Source of the DNA: a virus
Direction: 5' to 3' (one strand)
IMG/VR virus record: IMGVR_UViG_3300029319_009305
Location: 43,886 to 107,885 of that record
Length of the DNA: 64,000 nt
Shown here in pieces: positions 46,358 through 57,400 of this stretch; position 1 is the first letter of the stretch; each line of letters opens with the position of its first letter. The notes under the pieces are model-generated. The model was given only the letters and a program-made list of their open reading frames with translations. It was not told the origin of the DNA and searched no databases. Both the position numbers and the translations under genes were made by a program.

Positions 46358-47527
46358 ATGAAAGTAATAATAAGAGCACCACTTTTGTCCTTGAGCGGGT
46401 ACGGTATTCATTCAAGACAGGTTTTTGAATGGTTAGAATCTTTACCGGGAATAGATTTGAATGTAGAGATAGTTCAATGGGGTAGAACTGCTTGGATTTT
46501 GGATCAAGATCAGGATGACGGAATTGTTAAAAGAATAATATCTAAATCAAAACCACAGAAGGAAGGAATTAAATATGATTATTCCTTTCAAGTCCAGCTA
46601 CCTGATGAGTGGGATCCTAGTATTGCGAAACACAACATAGGCATATCAGCATTTGTTGAGACCGATCGATGTAACCCAAAATGGATTGAAAAGTGTAATG
46701 AAATGGATGCAATTATTGTTCCTTCGACTTTTACAAAAAATGTTGCAAAAAGATCTGGAGTTCTGAGAAAGCCTATTTACGTAGTGCCGGAATGGTTTAA
46801 TGAAAAAATTGAATTAGAAAGTATTGAACCGCTTGATCTTAAGTTGCGGACAAAGTTTAATTTTTTAATGATTGGAACGATAACTGCACAGACTGCTGAT
46901 GAAGATAGAAAAAATATTTTCTACGCAATAAAGTGGTTTTGTGAAAAGTTCAAAGATGATAAAAGAGTTGGTCTTGTGCTAAAAACTAGTTATGGTAAGG
47001 GCACTAAAATAGATAGACAGCTGACAAAAACTGCCATTCGACAAGTTTTAGGTGAAGTAAGAGAGGGAAAATTTCCCAAGGTTCACCTGATTCATGGTAA
47101 CCTAAATCAAGAAGAGGTTGCATCTTTATATAGACACCCAAAGATAAAAGGTGTGATATCAGCTACAAAAGGAGAGGGTTATGGACTTCCTCTTGTTGAA
47201 GGAGCTGCTTCTGGTTTACCTATTGTCGCGACAGGCTGGTCTGGGCACACTGAATTTCTAGAAAAAGGAAAGTATTTAGATGTTGATTACACTTTGAAAG
47301 AAATTACCAAAACAAGAATAGATGGTAGGGTTTTTGTTGAAGGTACAAGATGGGCTGATGTTAATGAGCGAGATTTTAAAAGAAAAATTAAGGATTTGAA
47401 AGATAGATATAGTTTACATAGTAAGAATGCAAAAAAAATGCAAAAATCCATTCATGAAAACTTTAGCAAAAAAGCAGTTATGAAAAAATATGATCAATTT
47501 TTTGATGAATTTAAAAGAAATATTTAG
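46358..47527 (+). CDS. GT4 glycosyltransferase
   Basis: SGYG, ET, RKN, GEGYGLPLVEGAASGLP. Confidence 0.85.
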   Translation: MKVIIRAPLLSLSGYGIHSRQVFEWLESLPGIDLNVEIVQWGRTAWILDQDQDDGIVKRIISKSKPQKEGIKYDYSFQVQLPDEWDPSIAKHNIGISAFVETDRCNPKWIEKCNEMDAIIVPSTFTKNVAKRSGVLRKPIYVVPEWFNEKIELESIEPLDLKLRTKFNFLMIGTITAQTADEDRKNIFYAIKWFCEKFKDDKRVGLVLKTSYGKGTKIDRQLTKTAIRQVLGEVREGKFPKVHLIHGNLNQEEVASLYRHPKIKGVISATKGEGYGLPLVEGAASGLPIVATGWSGHTEFLEKGKYLDVDYTLKEITKTRIDGRVFVEGTRWADVNERDFKRKIKDLKDRYSLHSKNAKKMQKSIHENFSKKAVMKKYDQFFDEFKRNI

Positions 47528-47538
47528 CAGGGTTTTTT

Positions 47539-47862
47539 ATGGACATAATGATCGCTATAATCATTGTTTTGGTATTATTTTGCACATTTAGTACTTACTA
47601 TGCTGTAAAGTTTGGGTTGTTGTTGTTGCGTTTACAAGACGACATAGAAATGTCGTTGGATGAGATTGAAGAAAGTTATGAAGTTATGACAAAGATTTTA
47701 CAGAAACCTATCTTTTTTGATTCCCTTGAAGTTCGACAATGTGTTGATGAAATAAAAAAATGTAGGAATATTGTTGTCAAAGTAGGTAACCGATTAACTT
47801 CTTTTGGAAAAAATGAAAATGAAACAACAGGAGAGTTATCATACGATGAAGGCGAAAGGTAA
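47539..47862 (+). CDS. membrane-anchored coiled-coil protein
   Basis: N-terminal TM helix. Confidence 0.65.
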   Translation: MDIMIAIIIVLVLFCTFSTYYAVKFGLLLLRLQDDIEMSLDEIEESYEVMTKILQKPIFFDSLEVRQCVDEIKKCRNIVVKVGNRLTSFGKNENETTGELSYDEGER

Positions 47863-48613
47863 AAAAAGAACAGTTAAGACAACTAGAAGGTCAAAAAATA
47901 AAAAATCAAATAGAAAATTATATTTTGGACCGACCACAGACCAGGCAATTTGCGAATTTCAAAAATCCAATTCACAAGAAGAAAAAACAGAAATATACAA
48001 GACGATTATTCAACCAAGTTTTGCAAAATTAGCAGAAAATTTGATATTTATTCATGGGTTTGCTAAGCATCACCATAATTACGAAGCTTTAAAAGGTGAT
48101 TGTGTATCGTTTCTGTATGAAACATTACAAAAGTTTGATCCCGATAGGGGTTCGAAAGCTTTTTCTTATTTTAATGTCGTTGCAAAAAATTGGTTAATCA
48201 TACAGAGCAAAAAAAGACTTAAGAACATTACTAGACACGTTAGTCTTACTAATTTTAATGATATGAAGGCAACAGATAAAGAAGCGATTGAAATGTACAA
48301 TTACATGCCATCGCAGGACTATCGAGTCATCGCAATTGAAAATAAGCAAATTTTATTTGAAATACTAAGAAAAATTAGAAAAAAAATAAGTACTCAAAAT
48401 GAAATAGCATGTATGAACGCGATAGAGACACTCTTTAATAAAATAGAAGAATTGGATTTCTTAAACAAAAGAGCAGTCTTTATTTACATGCGAGAAATAT
48501 CGGGATTGACGCCAAAACAATTATCAGTTGCAATGTCTAATATTAGAAAACATTACAAAGAAATAAAAGGAACAGACACAGAGTATTTTTCTTTATTTTT
48601 TGTGCAGGAGTAA
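47846..48613 (+). CDS. phage sigma factor, T4 gp55-like late sigma
   Basis: KLAENLI, KFDPDRGSKAFSYFNVVAKN sigma region 2 motif; lies before the structural genes. Confidence 0.7.
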   Translation: MKAKGKKRTVKTTRRSKNKKSNRKLYFGPTTDQAICEFQKSNSQEEKTEIYKTIIQPSFAKLAENLIFIHGFAKHHHNYEALKGDCVSFLYETLQKFDPDRGSKAFSYFNVVAKNWLIIQSKKRLKNITRHVSLTNFNDMKATDKEAIEMYNYMPSQDYRVIAIENKQILFEILRKIRKKISTQNEIACMNAIETLFNKIEELDFLNKRAVFIYMREISGLTPKQLSVAMSNIRKHYKEIKGTDTEYFSLFFVQE

Positions 48614-48615
48614 TA

Positions 48616-48981
48616 ATGTCAAAAACAATTGAAAAAGAAATTAAAAAAGCAAAGTCAAAAGAATCAAAGATAGAAAAGTTTAGTGATTTATTGGATAGTT
48701 TATCAGGTACAGAAGATAAAAAAAAGATGCTCTGGAAAGAAGCATACGAGAATGCTTTGTACGACAGAGAAAATGCTAATATACTTTTGACAGATCTGTT
48801 ATTACAAGTAAAAGGGAGTGTTCCTTTACATACGTCATTAGGTTCCATAATGACAAAGTATTTGGAAAGGATGTCAAAATCAAATGATCAAATACTTAGA
48901 CTCGCAGAATTAATAGCAAAAGAAGAGGAGGTTGATCAGATTTCTTCTGACGACATATTTAAACAAATACAGGGTAATTAA
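48616..48981 (+). CDS. helical hypothetical protein (terminase small subunit-like size, unconfirmed)
   Basis: SD AGGAG; coiled-coil character. Confidence 0.5.
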   Translation: MSKTIEKEIKKAKSKESKIEKFSDLLDSLSGTEDKKKMLWKEAYENALYDRENANILLTDLLLQVKGSVPLHTSLGSIMTKYLERMSKSNDQILRLAELIAKEEEVDQISSDDIFKQIQGN

Positions 48982-48982
48982 T

Positions 48983-50482
48983 ATGAAGTTAAGAGATCAT
49001 AGAATCTTCAATAGAGGTCGTCAGACAAGGCAATCATTAAGAAGCGCAGAAGAATCAGCTGAAATGTCAGCGCAAATGATTCAGGAAACAAACCATTTTG
49101 AGACAGCAATTGTAACAGAATTTATTAGTCATCCCGAATCATTCCTCAGAACTTCTGTTACTGTTGATGAACAAAGTACAAATAATTCACTTAGAAGTAA
49201 AACTAAGAATACCTTAGCAACATCAACGGGAATAGGTCTGAAAGGATCAACAATGCTTGAAGAGTTGACAACTGGAACAAAGAAGGTAAAAAATCCTTAC
49301 TTGGTGCAATTAATGCCCAGAAATAGTATTATTGGGATTAACATTACTGGTGGGAAGGCACACTCAGAGAAAGATGCTGAAGTGTTTTTTCCATTTTTCC
49401 CTGCACATTTAGGAATGCCTGTTAAACCTGGAGAGCAAGTATGGGTTTTTTACGAAAATATCGGAAAAAAAAGAGTAGGTTACTGGTTGTTTAGAAAAAC
49501 AGGAACAGTTCACATTGACGATCTGAACTATACATTCTTAGATCGACAAGAGTCTATAGCAGATTTAATGGCTATGAAAAACGATCCTAATGTTAGTTTG
49601 AATAAATCTAAGTTTAATACGCTAGTTGAAAATTTGGCTTACAGCTTTCCCGATCCAAGAGCCGCCGGCGATGGTTCAGGTAATTCAAGTATTAATCCTG
49701 ATAGTTTAGTAAAGGATTCTTTGAGTTATGATCGTGAGTTTATAGGCGAGCCCGTTCCAAGGTACAGGAAAAAATGTGGTGATTTAGTGTTGCAAGGTTC
49801 TAACAACACATTAATAACAATGACAGAAGAATCCGACATCACCACCGGCAAAATATGCTTAGTTGTCGGACGATCAGCAGATCCTACGAATGGTTTTGAT
49901 GATTTTGTTTCAAACAAAAGAGGGGATTCATCAAAGTCTTTAGAATATAGAGAAATAAATAAGACAAGGATAATTACAGACCCGAATAGTGTAACAGACG
50001 CTGAAGGGGATATCGTAGGCACTGGCGGGGAAAGCGCAAAGCTAGAGTTAAGGATGGCAGATGGAGGTGTTATTGATATGAGAACAACAAACAGCAGTAT
50101 TATTCATATTGATAATTCTCAAATTGTTTTAGCAAAGTCCGACACGTTCGATTATAGTAAGGGCCAAATTACTATTTTGGATGAATCATTAGGTATAGAA
50201 GCACCAGAAATGGTGAGTATTAAATCAAATGACATAACACTTCAGTCTAGTATTGAAGGGGGCATTAAAGCAACTAGCCTCGATGGTGAAGGTGGTGCAC
50301 TTTTATCACTTCAACCAATACAAGAATTTCTTGAGACATATAATTCAGCTACACCGGATGCAAAAGCACAGCTGCTTTTACCTCTTGGCACAGCAGCCCC
50401 AATAGTAGCTGCTATATTAGAATCAGGACTAGTAGAAACGGCATTAGAGCAGCTAGCTACAAAATACTTTTTCGCTGAGTAG
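48983..50482 (+). CDS. baseplate hub/spike protein, gp5-like OB-fold
   Basis: FFPFFP...MPVKPGEQVWVF, GDLVLQGSNNTLI; lies upstream of gp25 and gp6. Confidence 0.6.
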   Translation: MKLRDHRIFNRGRQTRQSLRSAEESAEMSAQMIQETNHFETAIVTEFISHPESFLRTSVTVDEQSTNNSLRSKTKNTLATSTGIGLKGSTMLEELTTGTKKVKNPYLVQLMPRNSIIGINITGGKAHSEKDAEVFFPFFPAHLGMPVKPGEQVWVFYENIGKKRVGYWLFRKTGTVHIDDLNYTFLDRQESIADLMAMKNDPNVSLNKSKFNTLVENLAYSFPDPRAAGDGSGNSSINPDSLVKDSLSYDREFIGEPVPRYRKKCGDLVLQGSNNTLITMTEESDITTGKICLVVGRSADPTNGFDDFVSNKRGDSSKSLEYREINKTRIITDPNSVTDAEGDIVGTGGESAKLELRMADGGVIDMRTTNSSIIHIDNSQIVLAKSDTFDYSKGQITILDESLGIEAPEMVSIKSNDITLQSSIEGGIKATSLDGEGGALLSLQPIQEFLETYNSATPDAKAQLLLPLGTAAPIVAAILESGLVETALEQLATKYFFAE

Positions 50483-50540
50483 CATCAATGTCAATATACA
50501 CGGTTCTTAAAAAAAAGAGATTAAAAATTTGAGTACGGAT

Positions 50541-50547
50541 TAATTAT
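50541..50547 (+). promoter_or_regulatory. TAATTAT putative late promoter
   Basis: 13 nt upstream of the gp25-like start. Confidence 0.45.
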
Positions 50548-50560
50548 AACAGAGGTAAAA

Positions 50561-51049
50561 ATGCCAACTTATTCTTTTAAAAGCTCTGGATTTTTAAATA
50601 GAAATACTGACGAGCGTGTCAACGCTGTTACTTTAAAGCCAATTGGGATCAAAACACCACTTGAATTTTCTAGAAAAAACCAAGATAGTTTATTCTCAAT
50701 GCATTATAAAGTTATAGATCAGATTCATGACAATCTTAGAAATCTCTTGCTAACAAACCCAGGCGAAAGATTAGGGCGACATGATTACGGCGCTGGATTA
50801 AGAGAAATGACGATGGAAATGATATCAAGTGAAAATTACGAGCACGCTGTGATGATGCGAATAAAAAACACAGTTGATATATACATGCCTTTCATTGATT
50901 TAGATAGTTTTGGAATTGACGATATTGTTTCGACTCCGTACGAATTGCAGGGTGGTATGAGTAAAGTTACAGTGACTATTGCTTACAATGTACCTAAACT
51001 ATCAATTGTTAACAAAAGATTACAATTAATTTTATATGTCGCAGGATAA
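50561..51049 (+). CDS. baseplate wedge protein, gp25-like
   Basis: QIHDNLRNLLLTNPGERLGRHDYGAGL...YMPFI. Confidence 0.85.
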   Translation: MPTYSFKSSGFLNRNTDERVNAVTLKPIGIKTPLEFSRKNQDSLFSMHYKVIDQIHDNLRNLLLTNPGERLGRHDYGAGLREMTMEMISSENYEHAVMMRIKNTVDIYMPFIDLDSFGIDDIVSTPYELQGGMSKVTVTIAYNVPKLSIVNKRLQLILYVAG

Positions 51050-51052
51050 ATT

Positions 51053-52906
51053 ATGCCTAAAAATATTAAGAAAGAAGCAAAATTAATTAGAGACACAAGT
51101 TACTTAAATAAAGACTTCGGAGGTTTCAGAAAAGACCTTTTAAATTATGCAAAAACACACTTTTCCGAACAGATCCGCGATTTTTCAGAGGTGTCAGTAG
51201 GGGGTATGCTTGTTGATATGGCTGCTTATGTAGGTGATGTTATGTCCTTCTACCTCGATCATCAGTATTCAGAATTAAATCTTGAAACAGCAATTGAGGA
51301 ACCAAACGTCCAGAGGTTGATTAGGCAGTCAGGTATCACAATAACAGGAGCTAGTCCTGCAATAGTTTCTGCAACTATTTATATTAGAGTTGATTCCGCC
51401 TTTGATATTAAGACGCAGTCATACATACCCAATCATCGGCAGCTACCTATTTTAAAAGCAGGTACAAAAGTAGCTTCAGTCGACGGAACTGTTTTTGAGT
51501 TAACCCAAGACTATGATTTTGCAGAGAAAAATTTAACTAATGAATTGATAAGTTCAGTTTCCACAGGTAATACTGATAATAATGGGACAGTTTTAGATTA
51601 TATAGTTTATAGAGACTGTATTTTTACTAGTGCAATTTCTAAAACAGAAACATTTAATATTTCTAATGAATTTATTCCTTTTAGAACAATTGATTTAGCA
51701 GAATCTGATATTAGCGAAATTGTATCTGTTTATGATAGTGAAAACAATCATTATTATGAAGTAAAGTCTCTAACACATGACGTTGTTTATAGAAGGTTCA
51801 ATAATGTTAAAAGTGATAGTGACTTAGTTCATGATAAATTAGGGATTATTCCTGCTCCTAGAAGATTCACAAAAGAATTTTCTTTGCTAGATGGAAAGAC
51901 AACAATTAGGTTTGGTTCAGGAAGAGCAGATACCTATGAGGATGATATAGTACCAGATCCATCAGATCATGCTTTGCCCTTGTACGGAAATAAAAGAACT
52001 TTCAGTAGATTTTCCATAGATCCTAACAAGATGTTAGAAACTAGAACATTAGGCGTATCGCCTATCAATACAACACTAACAGTAACTTATAGACACGGAG
52101 GCGGTTTTGGGCACAACGCTTCTCCCGGGCAAATTATTAATATTGTAAGCTTAATCACAAAATTTAATTCAGCGATAAGTGCGACAAAAGTAAGAAACAT
52201 AAGAAATAGTATAGAAGTTTATAACGAAAGTAGAGCTTCTGGTGGAACTGATAGACCTACTCTCAATGAAATGAGAGCAGTAGCATTAAATTACCAAGGA
52301 TCGCAAGACAGAATTGTTACAAAGCAAGACTTGCTTACTAGAGTTTACACTATGCCTTCAAATTTTGGACGGGTTTACAGAGTCGCAGTTAGAAAAAATA
52401 ATTTTTCACAAAATACTGCACTGGTATCTATATTGACTAAGAACGAATTAGGTTATTTAGATTATGCAACTGATACTTTAAAAAAGAACATTGCCAAATA
52501 TATTAATGAATACAGACTTATTGGGGATTCAATTGATATACTTGATGGAACAATATTGAATTATGGTATACGATTTTCAATAACAGTTGATAATAGGTAT
52601 AATGATAGCAATGTGTTAGTAAAAGTGATAAATAAAATTAAAAAATTTACTAGAACAGAAAATTTTCAAATTGACCAACCTATTAATTTAACTGACATAT
52701 CGCTATTAATTGTATCAACTGATGGAGTCAATACATTGAATAGTTTAGAAGTAATAGAAAGAAAAGGGAGCGTCAATGATAGGCTTTATTCATCTAATTC
52801 ATTTAACATCAAGGAATCAATAGTCAAAGGTATTCTATATCCAGTTCCTGGTGGCATGTTTGAATTAAAATATCCTAATGATGATATTCAAGGAAGGGCA
52901 ATATAA
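51053..52906 (+). CDS. baseplate wedge protein, T4 gp6 / baseplate-J-like
   Basis: YLNKDF, DFSE, AYVGDVMSFYLD, IRFGSG, ASGGTD, QDRIVTKQD. Confidence 0.85.
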   Translation: MPKNIKKEAKLIRDTSYLNKDFGGFRKDLLNYAKTHFSEQIRDFSEVSVGGMLVDMAAYVGDVMSFYLDHQYSELNLETAIEEPNVQRLIRQSGITITGASPAIVSATIYIRVDSAFDIKTQSYIPNHRQLPILKAGTKVASVDGTVFELTQDYDFAEKNLTNELISSVSTGNTDNNGTVLDYIVYRDCIFTSAISKTETFNISNEFIPFRTIDLAESDISEIVSVYDSENNHYYEVKSLTHDVVYRRFNNVKSDSDLVHDKLGIIPAPRRFTKEFSLLDGKTTIRFGSGRADTYEDDIVPDPSDHALPLYGNKRTFSRFSIDPNKMLETRTLGVSPINTTLTVTYRHGGGFGHNASPGQIINIVSLITKFNSAISATKVRNIRNSIEVYNESRASGGTDRPTLNEMRAVALNYQGSQDRIVTKQDLLTRVYTMPSNFGRVYRVAVRKNNFSQNTALVSILTKNELGYLDYATDTLKKNIAKYINEYRLIGDSIDILDGTILNYGIRFSITVDNRYNDSNVLVKVINKIKKFTRTENFQIDQPINLTDISLLIVSTDGVNTLNSLEVIERKGSVNDRLYSSNSFNIKESIVKGILYPVPGGMFELKYPNDDIQGRAI

Positions 52907-54462
52907 TGTATAGGGTTCTAAGCGCTAGTCAAGACACATATATAACGAATAAAATAATTAGAAATAGTTTTAGAGCAACTGACGCCAACACAGGACAAGC
53001 AGGAACTCTAGACTTATTTAAACTATATGGTGAATCCGTATCAGGTAGTGCTGACAACCCTGTTGAAATTTCTCGTGCATTAGTAAAATTTGATTTGACA
53101 CCTTTGAGCACAATGTTAACAAACGGTGACATTGACATTAACAACTCTTCTTTTTCTGCGACATTAGTTTTAAGAGACGTATACGGGGGGCAGACAACAC
53201 CTAATAATTTTAAAATGATAGCTCTACCCTTAGCCCAACAATTTCAAGAGGGTATTGGTAGAGATGTTGTAACTTTTCAAGATTTAGGATCTTCTAATTT
53301 TATCACTGCTTCTTACGAAAATGGAACTTACAATTCTTGGAATACACAAGGTGCTATGAAGTCAGGGAGTTTAGGTGATGGAAGCATTGACGTCATCGTT
53401 AGCGGATCTTTAGAGGGGCCCTCTGGGACACAAACCTTGAATTTATCTTCAGAGCAATATTTTAGTACAGGCAAGGAAGATTTTTCTGTTGATGTGACAA
53501 ATGCAATATCAGGCACAGTTTCAGGACAAATATCTAATCATGGGTTTTTAATAGCATATTCTGGTAGCTATGAAAACGATACTAAAACTTATTTTGTAAA
53601 AAGATTTGCATCTAGAAATTCGTCACGGGAAGACTTAAGGCCAAAAATTATTATTAAGTACAATGACGCAATAATAGATAATCACGAAAATTTTATATTT
53701 GACGTAACAGGATCTATATTCTTAAACAATTATCACAGGGGTACACTAAGTAATATTTTATCAGGGGCAGGATCTCAAAGTACGCAAATTACAGGGCACA
53801 ATTGCTTGAAAGTTAGACTTGAGTCAGGATCATTTACTAAAACAGTAACAGCATCGCAGTATTCTATTGGAGACAATTTTCAAGCAGGAATATACTCGGC
53901 ATCTTTTGTAGTATCACGATATGATGCTAGCTTAATTGAGCATTTAAAAAGTTCAACGTCTGCTTCATTTGATGCAATCTGGTCATCAGGGACTGATTTG
54001 TTTCCTGATTATAATAGCTCAGTTGCTTATCATTCTGGATCTTTAGTAATAAAAACACCTTCAAGAACAGCATTTAATGGAGGACAAAAACGGCTTCTCT
54101 TAACCATGGAAAATTTAAGACCTAATTATAGAAAAGATGACTTGGTAAAACTTAGAGTTTTTATTGAAGATCGTGATAGACAAATCAATTTTAAGAAAAA
54201 ACCTTTTGCGACAAAATCACAAGTTTACGAAAGCATGTTTTATCAAGTTAAAGATGCACAAACAGACAGAATAATTATTCCTTTCGATAGCACAGGAAAT
54301 AGCACAAAATTATCATCAGATTCTGAAGGGATGTATTTTAATTTTTACTTAGATAGCTTACCTGCAGGAAAAACTTATAAATTTGAATTCTTAATAAAGG
54401 ATTTCAATAGCGACTATTTTATTAAAGATGTATCAGCAAAGTTTAGTGTTGACCTAGATTAA
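52906..54462 (+). CDS. virion structural protein (baseplate-associated, beta-rich)
   Basis: ASQDTYI, SRALVKFD, C-terminal IIPFD...SDSEGMYF; operon context. Confidence 0.65.
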   Translation: MYRVLSASQDTYITNKIIRNSFRATDANTGQAGTLDLFKLYGESVSGSADNPVEISRALVKFDLTPLSTMLTNGDIDINNSSFSATLVLRDVYGGQTTPNNFKMIALPLAQQFQEGIGRDVVTFQDLGSSNFITASYENGTYNSWNTQGAMKSGSLGDGSIDVIVSGSLEGPSGTQTLNLSSEQYFSTGKEDFSVDVTNAISGTVSGQISNHGFLIAYSGSYENDTKTYFVKRFASRNSSREDLRPKIIIKYNDAIIDNHENFIFDVTGSIFLNNYHRGTLSNILSGAGSQSTQITGHNCLKVRLESGSFTKTVTASQYSIGDNFQAGIYSASFVVSRYDASLIEHLKSSTSASFDAIWSSGTDLFPDYNSSVAYHSGSLVIKTPSRTAFNGGQKRLLLTMENLRPNYRKDDLVKLRVFIEDRDRQINFKKKPFATKSQVYESMFYQVKDAQTDRIIIPFDSTGNSTKLSSDSEGMYFNFYLDSLPAGKTYKFEFLIKDFNSDYFIKDVSAKFSVDLD

Positions 54463-54483
54463 GCAACAAGGATTAAATGAACT

Positions 54484-57400
54484 ATGACAAAAAAATCTAT
54501 TTTATCAAATCAGAATCCTGGAACTGCTTTATTCGATAACAATTTTAAACACTATAAAACAATTGGATTTGATAACGATACAGCAGGGAATTTTAAAAAA
54601 TTTAAGTCCATGAGAGATTTATCTGAACTGTCAAAGGAAGAAACTTTTTTTGAAGATGACTATAGATTTGACGGTCCTGACTCTGGCGTAAGATCAACAC
54701 AGCAAATAAATTTAGATTACGAAGTGTTTGAAAATCACGTATTTTTTGATTCTGCTGTATCTAAAATTAATATTGCATTTGATAAGATTGTGAATGAGTT
54801 TCCCTTTGAAAAAACTGAAGCTGAACTTAATGAATATCTGCAAAGCTTAACTGGTTATGAGCGTTACATATTGAATTTGTTTGGTAAATCTTTAGGGTAT
54901 TTAACGTTGTCTGGCTCTGCTGTGGGTGAAAATTCAGGAGGTCAATATATTGAGATTAAAGATTCTGCTGGATCTTTATACCCGACGTTTTCTACAAGGA
55001 ATGATACTAAACCTGTATTAAGCCCTAAAAACAGCCCGTTTACGATTGAAGCATATATTAGTCTACCAACAGTTGTTAATGACAACCAGGTAATATTCCA
55101 GTATAAAAAAACTGAAAAATTTGGAATCATGCTCTCGTTAAGCGCTTCTGACGACACTTCTAAATGCAATATAGTTTTCGATGTGACGTCAGGGTCAAAT
55201 CATAGTTATGTATCATCTAGTTTTGATAAGGGTAAATTTTATCATGTTGGGGCCGCTTATTCTGTATCCAATAACCCGGGAAAATCTTTGCTTTACATAG
55301 ACTCTGTGTTGAAAGCAACGTCATCAATGACCTTAGAACTTACAAATTTTGATTTAAGTGCACAAGACTCAAAAGCTTACATAGGCTCTGGAAGTATTTT
55401 AAATACAGCAAATGCAGACCCAGACATATCGACAGGAGTTTTTACTCCCCAGCAGACTTTTTCCGGATCAATTGACGAATTTAGATTTTACCATCTAGAG
55501 AAAAATGAAAAAACAATTAAAGACACAATGAAAGTTAATATTTTTGGCGGGAGCGAATCTAAGTTAGCATTGTATTTTAAGTTTAATGAACCATCTGGGA
55601 GTTATCGACTTCCATCTGTGTGTTTAGATTCATCAGGTAATAGTCTTCATTCAAATATTACTAATTTCTCACATGAAATAAGAAATACGGGCAGCATATC
55701 GACACCCGTCACAGAAGAAATATTAAATAATAATCCAATATTATACCCTGATTTTCCAAAAAATACAGACTTGCACAACAGACTCATTAATTCGGCTAGC
55801 TTGTATGATGAGAAAAATCCAAATTTAATAACGAATTTAATACCTGTCCATTATCTTTTAGAAGGTAACGATTTTGAAGGCTTTCAAAACATGACTGGAT
55901 CTTACGGGAATGTTTATAAATCGCAAAGCATACCAGGATCGGGTCAGGTAGGTTCAGGGCAGCTCTTGATGTCATTCTTATTTTTATGGGCAAAGTATTT
56001 TGACGAGTTAAAAATATATATAGACACGTTATCGAGAGTGTTAAGTTACGGATACGATACAAACGAAGTAGGAATTGATAAATTTTTACCTTTTGTAGGT
56101 AAATACTACGGCATAGATCTACCCGGTATTTTCACTTCAGCAATGCAACGTCAATACAACAAAAATGTAGGAATTAATGATTTAGGCACTGTATCAACTT
56201 TATCTTTGCGAAAAGTTCAAAATCAAATTTGGAGAAGGATACTAACTAATTTAAATGCATTGAGACAATCTAAGGGAACAATATCTTCTGTAAAGGGCAT
56301 GATAAGAACCCTAGGTGTAGAGCCTGATACAATTTTCGATATTAGGGAATATGGAGGTCCTAAAGCTTTTTTCTTAGATGGTAGAAGAAAAAATATTAAA
56401 AAATCTTATAAGATGATAGATTTTTCTGGAAGCCTTGCTGACATATCAGATATTGCAACTGTTGATTCTAATACGGGTTTCAACACAAGGACACCCAGAA
56501 TAATTAGTCCATTCTTGTCAGGATCTAGAATTGAAGTAGGTTTTCCTGAAATAAAAACGGGCACTGCAACAGGTACCGTCACTATTGGTAATAGTGCTAC
56601 AGCCACAAATTTAGACGGTAAGATTATTGAAATAACAGATACAGCTGGATTAGAGAAAGTTTACATATTTGATGATGATAATGATGGTGCAACAGGAACT
56701 TTAGACGGCAGCAACAGAGTTAGAATTCAAATAAACGGCATGATGAGTTCCACAGCAGGAAGAATATTGATGGCAGCACAAGTTAAGGCTGCAATAGAAC
56801 ACGCTAATGGCCATGCAGGCTCTATAACAGTTTCAACAACTGACCAGATTGTAGGCTTGACTCAAGGTTCGTTTAATGCGAATGACGGTAATAACGCAAT
56901 AAAAACTTCTGTGACTGATGCGACTCATTTGGCAGTGTCTGGTTTCTCCGGAGGTTTTGGATATTTAAACCAGCCAAATCATAATTTTGTTCACGGAATA
57001 TCAAACAATCCTAATGATGGCTTGTTTACATCTGGATCTTTCGGGTACGATGCTGTATACAAGTTTGAAACTAATTTAAGATTCCCTTTGACACAGAGTT
57101 TGGTTAGGCTTCACATGACTGGATCTAGCGTTTCAAATTCAGCACGTTTAGTTACGAATTGTGTTTTAGTTTCTGGTTCAAGTCCTGAATTGAAGCTATT
57201 TGTTGATGCCGCCACCGCCGGCGCTAGCGCTTCAGACACAGCAAGATTACAAACTTTAGCAATAAATAGCGCCAGCTTTTTTAATGGGAACCCTTGGTAC
57301 GTAAGTTTTGGTCTAATAAGAAATGATGACAATATTATACAGGATGAGCAGTACGCTTCGTCTTCATTGTTTTTAAGAGCAATATCAGATGATGAAATTT

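Noticed and set aside
16770-47527. Bacterial O-antigen or capsule locus
   Set aside because: No flippase, polymerase or export genes recognised, and the flanks are phage structural and ORFan genes; chimerism cannot be fully excluded without reads
48616-48981. Firm terminase small subunit call
   Set aside because: No large terminase adjacent and no diagnostic motif
56560-56955. Intein
   Set aside because: No N-terminal Cys/Ser block, C-terminal HN or LAGLIDADG motifs
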